Assembly: GCA_000934665.2 (NCBI GenBank)
Contig: KZ538300.1
Coordinates: 1-64,000 of the forward strand
DNA from: Catajapyx aquilonaris
Lineage: Eukaryota
Length of the DNA stretch: 64,000 nucleotides
Direction of reading: 5' to 3'
The notes beneath the pieces were generated by a model, which had not been told where the DNA came from, made no database searches, and saw only the letters and a list, made by a program, of their open reading frames with translations. Position numbers and translations under genes: made by a program. Shown here in pieces: positions 38,690 through 49,944 of this stretch. Position 1 is the first letter of the stretch; each line of letters opens with the position of its first letter.

Positions 38690-41208
38690 ATGGTGGTCGG
38701 AAAGACGTTGGCAATGTACGCTCCCATATCCCGCCGAGTGTCGCCTTGGAAGACCAAGCTGGCGAATAAGCTGACCGAGGGTCTGACCCTGCACAGCACT
38801 GGGGGATCTACGATGCAGGAGGCTCGTCGGCAGCACGACCAACGACAGCAACAGCAGCTCTACGTGGTGGACCCCTACGACCACCCCCAGAGACAGGTCT
38901 GGGACGACCAGGGTGCCTCAGAAACTGGGTACATGGCCAACAACAGGGACGGTAAAAGCCTCTTTTGCCGGTATTGGAAACCGCGAGGAAAGCCCCGGTT
39001 TGTTTAGTTGTCGTTAAGGACAGACACGACATCGGGGGACGTCATCATCACTGCATTGTTTCCAGAGCTCTGGTGTGTTTATCTCACGGCTTGGGCGAAC
39101 ATCTCATGTGGTACAGCACCTTGGCACGTATCTTCGCCGACAGGGGATGCCTCACTTTCGGCCACGACCACGGTATACGACATGATCAGTGTTCACGCCC
39201 TTCAAACCACTGCAGGTAGTATCATACATTGGGACTGTATAACGCTTCTCTTGCAGTGGGGCATGGTAAAAGTGACGGGACCAGAGTCTACATCGATTCC
39301 TTCGACGAATACGGAGATGACATTATTCAGCACGTTGGAGTCATGAAGAAGATGTACCCCGATGTTCCTATATTCAGTATTGGATTCAGCATGGCAAGTT
39401 ACAGGCTATAGGCCTCTATTCTATTGTAAATAAACCTAATACGGCCACCAAAGTGCATATAACTGATACCTAACCAATGTGACGTAAAAATGGACTCTGC
39501 TAATAATTATGATATCGATTAGCTCGTTGTTCATGCACATGTCTGTATTTTCTGGCAGATATCTGATTGAAGCTTTCTTCCTTCTTACTCACAATTAGGG
39601 CGCACTGGTTATTTTGAGGACTTACTTGAGACAGCCCGGGATATTCCGAGGAATGATCACTCTGTCACCAATGATTTACTTCCACAGCAAAGTGGCCAAA
39701 CCGTACCGTTCAATGGTATTATATCTCTTGCAGCGATTCATCCCAGAGTTTCAGGTGAGTCAAAAAGAGGGCCGAAGAACAAGATGATTAACGCACATGT
39801 CAAGTTTGCTGAGACACAATTGTCGAAAAAATGTTTGCAAAAACGGTCAGATGTTGCAATAATGGTGTTGTGCTTGTGTGTGTGTTTTTTGTGCTCCAAC
39901 CTTTTGGAACCAATGTTTATATAATCCTTACATACAGTATTCTAGCAATAAGCAATTTTAATTGGATAATAATAATTATGGAGTTGGCCTTGTCCAATTA
40001 CTGCTAATACTAGCTCTAGCAGTTTTTATCATAATATGTTTCATAATAATTAATCTCACATCCGCACTGGTAAATTTCGCTGGAAATCATATTAACTCTC
40101 CTTTGTTGCCTCACCTTCAAGTGTGGCAATAAGTTACACTGATGAATTGTTGGAAAGCACATTAATGGGCCATGCAACGGTGATTGTAAGATTCCACGCC
40201 AGCAGGCAGGCTTGAAGCTGAATGTGTCACAGCTTCCAAGATATATTTGCAAACGGATGTGAACATAATAATGAAGAAAAACTCTGCCTCTTTCTGAGGC
40301 TCTCAGAAAGTATAAGCAAAAAAACAACATCCGATCAACTTTTGAACTTTTGAATAATGCTGTAAGTTAATAGATCTCAAATGATATTACAGCATGTACT
40401 GTACAATTTTCAGTTTTCCAAGTTTAACCCCTGGGTCTTAACTCGAGATCCAGAAATGAGAGATCGTCTCATGCACGATCCTCTAGTGTGGAAAGGAGGG
40501 GTGCGTCTAGCCTGTTTGACCAGTTGCTTAAAAATCTCCAAGGTGAGTGCAACCAGAATATGACAAATTCAGTTCACTGGATGGTCTCCAAAATTAGCAA
40601 TAACTTATTTCTCTTACACAGCAAGTAGTAAACAACTTTGGAAAGATTGACGTGCCTTTGAGAATTCTTCACGGCGACTCTGATCGGATTGCGGATTTCA
40701 CAGGCTCCCAGCAATTATACAATCAAGCAGGCACCAAAGACAAGTTTCTCAAGGTTCTTATATGGATGTTTTCTGTTGAATAATATATTGTAGGCTAGAT
40801 AATTTAGTACATCTGCTCTATGCAATCTTACGCAACTGCACTGTAGTTAATATGTATGATGAAATGCAGCATAGACGCTTAATTGGTAGTAAAGTTAAGG
40901 GGTGGAATATTCGTCCCACTGCTATAGTCACTGCTAACTTAGCAGTACCAGTATTGTCACTGGTAGACCTACTGCTAAGTTAGCAGCCGTAACCCAGCAG
41001 TGGGACGAAAATTCTACCCAAAGAGTTTAAAAGAAGATGAAGTGCAGGTTACAGTATCTTGACTTCGAATAAAGCATTTTTATTTCTCTTGCAGATATAT
41101 CCTGGAGCCAAACATCAACTTCTAGCTGAAATACCGCAAGTCCGCGAAGAAATAATAAGTGACACAGTGGAATGGCTGTGCTCGAGAATTGAACAAGAAA
41201 ATCACTAG
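38690..41208 (+). CDS. MGLL: Monoglyceride lipase-like alpha/beta hydrolase, copy A
   Basis: Exons 38690-38997, 39066-39172, 39257-39393 (GC donor), 39599-39754, 40414-40542, 40622-40753, 41095-41208. Motifs [50 protein letters not shown]. Confidence 0.9.
40900..41019. mobile_element. Short palindromic MITE-like element (~120 bp)
   Basis: GGGTGGAATATTCGTCCCACTGCT / AGCAGTGGGACGAAAATTCTACCC inverted ends plus an inner CTGCTAACTTAGCAG inverted pair. TSD not clear. Confidence 0.65.
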
Positions 41209-44157
41209 AAATATGCACTGACAACTTATGACTGTACTTGAAGTACGAAAACCACTGTTACATAAATACTTAACTGTTGTATACCGAAAAATATTAAAGC
41301 CATATATTGTATTTCATATGCGAATATATTGTTTGAAATAAAGATTGAAAAGGTGAGAATGAAAAAAGGGTCATAGATAGCGCTACTACAGGATCTACAG
41401 GATCGGGGGGGGGGGGGGGGNGGGGATATGCAGAAATCACTCTAGACAGATGGAAGTCAGCTATAATCCATTTTTCCACTCTTGATACAGTATTTTCTCG
41501 GGATCCAAAGGAATTATGACACAATCACAGCGCTATTCGCTTACACCCTCAAGGCCTCAATTCATTATCAAGAAATTGAAAGATGTTGCTAAATTGTTTT
41601 TAATTAAATGAAAGCACAACTGCAGCACAATAGTTATCAAGTAGTCTACCAGTGAAGATCGCTTCAAAGTGCATGCGGCTCTAGAATGTGGATATGTGGA
41701 TACCTAGCTTATAGAAGGTCATTGGGTTTCTTCTGATAAGAATGTCTGGCCAGTATGAAGTATTATGACATGACTCTATATCAAACTGCGTTCTTGCTAG
41801 TCAGCTACACGACACAGTGACTTGCAAGTTAACTGCAAGGTCATTTATTACCATATCTTCCCATGAGTAGGCGTAAACCAGCGTAAACACAACGTAACTC
41901 CTACGTCCCCGTTTGACACAAGTAAGTTACAATTAACTGTTATTGAAAAACGGCCATTCAAAATTATGTTTCTTACGGAAGCACGGAAGGATCTCATCGC
42001 ACCCTACACTTTATGTGCAAAACCTGGCAGCGTTGCACTTTAAAAAGAAAAAAGAAACCCTTTGGGCGCGATGCCATTTCACCTCCTTGCAGTATCGACC
42101 GTCATATATTCGGAATCGCTTTATTAACTGGTTGGACATGTGGACATCGTGCCGAGCATCTAGGTTCTGAAGCAAGGTTAGCCAATCACAGTGGTTGATG
42201 ATTTTGTGTGCTAGATATCTGTGGAGGCGTGAAGAGAAGGAAGAAACGGAATAGGTAAGCCTATAGGGAAAGTTTAGTTAGGGTTCTGCACATGTGATAC
42301 GGCCTGGCCGGACACAACCCTGGGCCAGGTCAAAAAAGCAGAAAATCAGCGCTATGCCTATATTTATTAACTTTTGGGATTAGTGGACCAGCTCGAGTCG
42401 AAGCAACCGACCCATTTTTTTAAAAAAATATAGAGACGCTGGGAATAGATAGTACGATTTAAAACCCCACGAAGGAATAACTCGATGGAAGAATCTAGTA
42501 GAAGAACAAGTCACTCAACAGAACGACCAAGGACTCACCGAAGATTTTTTTGCCGTTTGTTGCTTTCTGATAAAGGTTTTCAGCCATTAGTTGCCTTATA
42601 GTATAGTATGCTGTGCAGCAAAGGGAGCAACCACCCATAAAAGTGATTCCGAAATGCCCTAACCTGTAGCACCATCGATAACATGCAGGGATGTAAAATG
42701 GCATTGCACCCTACATTACGTGACAAGCATAATATATTTATTGTGTGTGCAGGAGAAGGTTTTTCGTGAGCGGTTGCAAGTTCGATGGACTACATCGCAT
42801 TTTAGTGTGCGACGATGTAGGTTACTTACAGTTCTGGGCATCGTTCTAAATACAAGAGTCCCATGATCATAAAATTGTGCATGATTAAAGATTAGTAGCT
42901 ATAACTTACGTATTATGTGCCATAATGATGTGATTGACATGTAGGACTATTAATAATGGCTGCTAGTTAGTCTACCATTATTCATAAATTCATGTGTGGC
43001 ATAAAAAATATTGCATAAATGTAAAGATAGTGCATCTTTTACGCCGCGCCGCTTCATTTTACGCCTATTCGCATTAACCTTAGAAAAAATTAAAATCGGG
43101 AAATTGTGAAAAATTGAAACTGAATAGTAAAACATTAGAAACACTAACACACATCTCTGTCACAAAAAGTGTGTGAATCCAAACACGCAATATTGTTTTT
43201 TGTAGTGCGTTGTGGCCGGTTGTGGCAGGATGTATTTGTGGACACATCATGTTCAATACCGTACTGCATATTATATGATCTCTGCCTTGCCCGAAGTGCT
43301 GTATATACAGCATCCGCCGTTACAATACTCTACGTCTACGGGTATACTGTACTGCCGTTCTTGGCAAGAAAGGGAAAGGAACCCTCAGAACCCGATGACC
43401 CTCAATCTGGAATGTCCAATTAAACCTGGGTATTAAATGTTTGAAATTTTACTCGCCATTAAAACCTGGAATATTCTAGGGCATCTAGGCTATACTGTGT
43501 GCGAGAAAACTTCTGAACTTTTGGAACTTATCTCATTTCCTTATATTGTATTTTCTATCGTCTTACACCTCGCCATCGACATGCCACTGTGATGCTGGAA
43601 CCAAACTCAGGTGTAATTGAATTTATTTATGCTTAGCACTACTTCACTAAGTACGTACTAACATTACATCCGTTGTCATATTGAGATGGTCTGCTCCCAA
43701 CAACCACTGTTACAGAACAATGAAGGCATAACATACGTATTTGCCCTGCCAATAATAAGAAATATTTCTCTCCTTTTTTGGACGAAGGCACAACATAATT
43801 TCACGGTAAGGTACATTTTAAAGAGGTATTTAATTTATTGGGTGTAGTGATACAGTCTATCATACATTGCGCGATCGTATTTATAAGTTGGTCTATGTAC
43901 TAATATTGCAGAGTTGCGAGTTGCAATTCTTCTATCCAAATATCTATCGTAGAATTAACAACACACGGGTAAAAAAATATAAAATAATTCGAGTCGTAAA
44001 TTGAATTTCATTGACTATAACTTAAAAATTAAATCGATGTCACTCTATGCACTGAAAAATTCGCCGCAGCAATCGAAAGAAACTGCCATAAACTGCCGGA
44101 AACTTTCTTGTAATATAGTCTAATTTATGTGCGGTACATTCATTTCCAGCTTTGACG

Positions 44158-46859
44158 ATGTTTTCACCAGTCGGAATTGTTATCCGCCGTCTAGAACTGG
44201 GCCATGTCAAGTTGACAAAACAGCTGGCGTTGCTCACTGCGGCATCGCCAATGCAAAGAAAACGACAAATACACCAGCATCATGCAGAGAACCCTGCCGA
44301 CAATGTCCAGCGAGGGGCATGGGACGAAGAAGACACCTCAGAAACAAGTTACATGTCAAGCAACAGAGACGGAACAAATCTTTTCTGTCGCTATTGGAAA
44401 CCTAAAGGAAAACCTCGGTTAGTTTCCAATAGACCTATGTTAGTCAAAGACGACTGATGATTCTGTTTCTGCCAGAGCTCTGTTGTGTATATCTCACGGC
44501 TTAAGTGAGCATCTGAAGTGGTACAACCCTTTGGCAAAATCACTGGCCGAAGAAGAATGCCTCACTTTTGGACATGACCACGGTACAGATCTGCATGCGG
44601 TAAAATATAGCTTGGCAAAATTTATCCAGTAATTACCGTATTATTTGATTACAGTCGGACATGGAAAAAGTGACGGACTCCGAGTGTACGTCGATTCTTT
44701 TGATTCGTATGAACGCGACATTATCCAACATGTCTCTAAAATGAACAAAGCTTATCCAGGAGTTCCCATATACGGTCTAGGAGCAAGCATGGCAAGTCAT
44801 TCTCTTCATTTCATTCTCTTTCATTACAAGATCCGCAGTAATCAAGATGCCCAGATATTGCTTTAATTCACAGGGTGGGCTCATCATTTTGAATACTTTC
44901 TTGCGGCAACCGGGGATCTTCCAAGGGATGGTAACTCTATCACCAATGGTTTCACCGAGCAAGAAACGATTCACTGGATCTCGCAAGCTTGTAGTTAACC
45001 TACTTCGACTCGTTGCACCAAAGCTAGAGGTAGGTTGATGATGTCAAGACCTTGGTCAAGACAGTGCTACAGTTGAAACGTCTCTAATTAAATCGTACAG
45101 ATTCATGATGCAATAATATAACTTTCAGATATCGAAGTTCAACCCATGGATACTCACTCGAGACACAGAAATGCATGGTCGCATGCAAGATGACCCTCTA
45201 ATGTGGAAAGGAGGAGTGAGGTTGAACCTCTTTATAGGGATGCTAAAATTATCTGAAGTAAGTGCTGACCACATCACCATTCATACTGAATTAGAGGTTT
45301 TTAAATGTTTATGGAGTTATCGAATTATTCAGGCTCTAAAACGAGAACAGTACCAATGGGAAATAATAAGTCGGCTTTAATTTATTGTTATTAATGTGCA
45401 CGCCTATACCTTCTTGTGCTTAAAAATCCCACACTGAATTCAGAACAATTCTATCCAAAACAGTAGGCCTACATCATTCCATGCCAGACAGATTCATTAA
45501 TAGGCGATATCTATCTGGTAATTATTTGGATATTGACTGATTACGTGGTGCTTTCCAATTTAATAGGAAGTGAAGAAAAATTTGGGCAACATTGATGCAC
45601 CTCTTTGCATTCTTCACGGCGATGCTGACCGACTTGCTGATCTGTCCGGTTCTCAGGAACTGTACCACAAATCATCAACTCAAGACAAGTTTATCAAGGT
45701 TTGTACTCTACAATCTATACATCATTGAAGGCGACATATCGCTATTTCTCAACTCATTAACGTTTTAAACAGTTTTCAAATTCAACACTCCAATAACACA
45801 CATGCTCAAGGCCATTTTCATTAGATTATTCCATTGCATTATATAAATTAATACACCGGAGATACAGTGCTATGTGGGAATATTAATGAGTTTTATGTGA
45901 CTTTTGCGTCATTGACGACCAGACAATCATTGGCGATTGGCCATAAGTTTCTTACATAAGCTTGGCATTCACACTAACTTTCCAGGTGTGGGCTACCATA
46001 GTCGGTGCTATACAATATTACAATACTTCCTAGTTAATCATTATGAAGATTACGCCAATCCTTAGTTGTGATTCCCTTAACATAAAAATAAAGCTACGTG
46101 GTATTAGACTATATATTGATTTCAAGGGGATGATGGAGTCGTCTCTACAAACTCGCAGAGGAGTATTAAAGGGACACTCCACTCAAAATGAAAGTTTGGC
46201 TCTAAAAATCGGGCAAAAAATCCTGATTCCGAAGGTGCAATCGGTTTTTTTCTACGCGGAACAGAAAAGCCAGGACGAGGCGTTAAAGACTCAGAATTTG
46301 CGTCGTCTGCTAATGAGCTGCCCCGCCAGCCCAGTCCGCCACCGCCGTGAGCGCCGCCACCGGGCACTAGGCGAAAGTGATACAGTGCTGAAAGTCGGGT
46401 CGGGTCAAGAGGTGGCGGGATAAACCTGTGGGACGGACCAAAGATGGCGCGGACCATGGCGTGGATCAAGATGGCGCAAGAATATCCAAATTTCTGCCCA
46501 GTCCCGGGCAGTCCCGGAGGAGGCGCTGCTGTTTTGCGCCAGATTCGAATTGCCTAACTTTGACGGCTCGCTCTGGCCTTACCGTTCGTCTCTCAGAAAA
46601 ACTGCTGATACACTCGGAATCAGGATTTCTTGCCCGATTTTTAGAGCCCAACTTGCATTTTGAGTGGAGTGTCCCTTTAAGATTGTCGCCGTTTTTATGT
46701 CGTGAATGCCGCATTATTGCTACATATATGATATGCATTATTTTATATTCTCATCTATAGATATACCCAGGAGCAAGGCATCTACTTCTAGCTGAAACTC
46801 CTGACGTCCGTGAAGAAGTAATTCAGGATATAACTAAGTGGATCAGCTCCAGAATGTGA
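44158..46859 (+). CDS. MGLL: Monoglyceride lipase-like, copy B
   Basis: Exons 44158-44417, 44476-44582, 44655-44791 (GC donor), 44874-45029, 45129-45257, 45567-45698, 46761-46859. Motifs [30 protein letters not shown]. Confidence 0.9.
46170..46676. mobile_element. Kolobok-like non-autonomous DNA transposon (507 bp) in the last intron of copy B
   Basis: TTAA|AGGGACACTCCACTCAAAATG...CATTTTGAGTGGAGTGTCCCT|TTAA with long imperfect TIRs; absent from the paralogous intron of copy C. A TTAA TSD with purine-purine start fits Kolobok better than piggyBac. Confidence 0.8.
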
Positions 46860-47511
46860 GAGCTTATTATAGAAATCTCATGGAGATAATTATAATAAAA
46901 ATAACCTATACACACCCTATAGTGGCGAAGCTGCTTCCATATAAGCCCGAAACTCTTACTAAGGCATCATGTCCCAAGGATACCTACAACCGCCTACAAC
47001 CAACCTTGCTTGCTGTCCTCTTCCATATGATTTCAGGAGGGGGGTAAAAAACAATGTCATAAGTACTTAGAGGTTCAATGGGTTTCTTCCGATAAGAATG
47101 TCTGGGCAGCGTAATTTCATGATGTGACTTGATGTCAACCTATGTTCTCACTTGTTAGCTACATGCCCCACCCAGCATAAATTAATGATTTTCATAGTTA
47201 TGCAAGGTCATTCACAATATCTTCCCTGGAGTAGCCGTAAACGCAAAGAAACTCATCTCCCCGTTTGGAACCATTCACACAAACAACGAAACAAGTCATA
47301 ATTAACTGCAATATTGGAATACAACCATCCGTGCATCCATAGAAACGTACAATGTTTCTTACGGAAGCAAGGATGGATTTCGTCTCACACTGCACTTTAT
47401 GCGCAAAACCTGGCGGAGTTGCACTTTGAAAAAAAGATAAGATAACAATGAAAAAAAGCCTCCCTTTGGGCGCGATTCCATATTAACAACAATAGACAGT
47501 GGGAGGGAGGC

Positions 47512-47814
47512 ACCGAAGCAGTAGTGGTGTAGTGGTATGGTGTCCGACTGCTAATCGGGAGGTCCTGGGTTCGAATCCCGGAGGCCGGCGACCCTGACCA
47601 TGGTTTTCTGTGGTTTCCCATGGTCCTTGTAGGATAATTCCGGGGTCGTTACCGTATTATAGGCCACAGCCGCCTCCTTCCTTCCCTTTCCCTGCTTCAT
47701 TCCGGTGATGAGAAAAATAGTAAAAATGGAAGAGTTCCAGACAAAAAATTGGGAGAAATCCCCCCCTAGGAAAGCCCGTAGGCTGATAATGGGGTATCAA
47801 ATTATTATTATTAT
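47512..47814 (+). mobile_element. tRNA-derived SINE, family A, with (TTA)n tail
   Basis: A-box TGGTGTAGTGG, B-box GGTTCGAATCC, tail ATTATTATTATTAT; 15-bp TSD CAGTGGGAGGGAGGC at 47497-47511 and 47815-47829. Confidence 0.85.
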
Positions 47815-47821
47815 CAGTGGG

Positions 47822-48123
47822 AGGGAGGCGGAGTGGTGATGCGGTAACGCACGCGTCCACGGATGTTAAGGTCCCGGGTTCGATCCCCAGCCCGGGGTTC
47901 CCCCCTTCATCTCGTGCAGAGTTGGGCCATCTCTGGCTTCGTCTCGGGTGGAAATTTCCGCTAGACTAATCCACCCGGGGGAGTTCACAAAATGACCAAT
48001 GCGACATTCCACTTGCACTTTATTTGCACATCCCCTCCTACTTACCCTTGGAACAAGTGGTATTCCACTCCCCTAAAAAAGGCCCAAGGCCTGAGAATGG
48101 GGTCTACTGTAAAAAAACAAACA
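47822..48123 (+). mobile_element. tRNA-derived SINE, family B, with A/(AAAC)n tail
   Basis: A-box TGGTGATGCGG, B-box GGTTCGATCCC; 16-bp TSD AACAATAGACAGTGGG at 47488-47503 and 48124-48139. Homologous to the element at ~52100. Confidence 0.85.
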
Positions 48124-49093
48124 AACAATAGACAGTGGGGATTGCTAGTTAGATATTATAATTAATCACTCTTGTTTATATCCACGAAATACCTTAATGA
48201 GAGAATCCTTTCTTATAGGCAAAATCAGTGACACAACAGAAGGACCAATGACTTTTCACTATTCCATTATTACGAAATCAACAATTTGTCTGTTGTTGCT
48301 TGACTAAAAGGTGTCCAGCTCTGCAGTCCATGAGGTTACCCTTGGCGTGGACATTGCTCAGCCAAGGGACCAACCACCCATTTAAAGTCATTCCGAAATG
48401 CATTTCCCTGTAGCCGCATCATCGGTAACAAGCAGGGATGTGAAAAAATGATATTGCACCCTACATTACGTGAGCAGAAAATTGTGCGTACAAACAGAAG
48501 GGTTTTCGTGGGCGATTGCAGGGGTTCAGTGAACTATACGCCGCGCATTTTAGTGTGCGACGTTGGTACTTCAGTCTCGTACATGCTCTAAATACAGTAC
48601 AAGAGTGCAATTATTGAATACAATTGTGCATTTGGTCATGATTAGGCGTTATTTTGCCATAAGGAAGTGATTAAGCCAATTAGAATATAAGGCCGGATAA
48701 TCAACCGTTATGCACAATATTATTGTAAAAGTGTACAGGTCTTGTGAGGCAATTAAATTATTGCTTAGATGTATTGCACTTCTTTATGCAAGTTTAGTAC
48801 GTACTCACGCTAAGTCAGTTGTGATATACATAGAGAGAGTCTGCTTCCAGCAACCACTCTAGCAGAACTTTCAAGGCTATAAGTTAAAACATTTCCCTCC
48901 TTTTTGGCCGGACGAAGACAGCAATATTCGGTGAGGCACATTTTTACGCCGTGTATAATATATTAGATATAGTATGACAGTCTGTTATATACTTTGGATA
49001 ATGCTAACTAATATAGGTTGGTTTATACAAACTTTACTGGGTTGCTATATAATTGCGATTCTGCTATCCAAACATCGATTGTATAGAGTAATT

Positions 49094-49250
49094 GAATGGT
49101 TTGGTGCAAAAACAGGATAAGTCCACTTTTGGCCGAAATGAGTTATGGGTGGTTCTGCCACCTTTCAAAAATTTGCCGGAAATTCAGTTTTTCTTTGTTT
49201 TCTCTAAAGTAACGAAAGTGGACTTATCCTGTTTTTCCACCAAACCCTTC
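49094..49250. mobile_element. MITE with ~35-bp TIRs (possibly Sola-like)
   Basis: GAATGGTTTGGTGCAAAAACAGGATAAGTCCACTTT / AAAGTGGACTTATCCTGTTTTTCCACCAAACCCTTC with flanks AATT/AATA; absent from the paralogous site upstream of copy B (~43950). Confidence 0.75.
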
Positions 49251-49944
49251 AATATTATTAACAATACTTGGGTCAATATAAAATGATTCGAGTCGTAATT
49301 TTGAATTTCATTGAATATATCCTAAAAATTAAGTCCGTGTCATTCCATACATTGGTAAATTCATCACGATCCATAACTGAGGCGTTGGCATAGGAAAGGG
49401 CGTAAGTCACAAAGAGAAATGCGCATGAAAAGAAAAAAAAGTTGCCTACATTGCTACGAAGTTGCTACGTTGAACTCATAAATTGCTTTTCTTTGAATTT
49501 TCATGACTTTTTGTAACAAAATCCAACAATACAAAATATTTTGTGCAATAAATTCTGCTTCACGGTGTTCTCAAAACTGGTTTGTTTGTCTAGCTCCTGT
49601 AAAAGTATATTTTTGTGACTCATGCCCTTTCCAATGTCAACGCCTCTATTATTGGGTGTAGTGTTGACATACATTAATGAGTAATGTGCTGTACAGCGCA
49701 GTACTGTACGTACATTGACATGCCCGTCGAATTCACAAGTCGTAGCAACAATTACGTACATTTAGTTGGGAAGCTGTTATCTTTGTATAGATTTTCAGGC
49801 ATATAAAGTATAGGGCTTTGCAACCGCATCTATACTGGGGATGGCAGGTTCCTATAGATAGGGAAGCCTGATGTTGCCACAGGGTGCCGTGAATTTTCTC
49901 ATACTCGTAATGTGGTCATTTGAGATTCATTTCCAGCTTGGGGG

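Noticed and set aside
39394..39411. Lipase copies A-C as pseudogenes because the ORF stops after GxSM
   Set aside because: A GC donor restores the frame and all downstream exons are intact.
46043..46760. ORFs in the Kolobok-like element as a transposase
   Set aside because: Short, lie in the TIRs, and show no DDE or THAP-like motifs.
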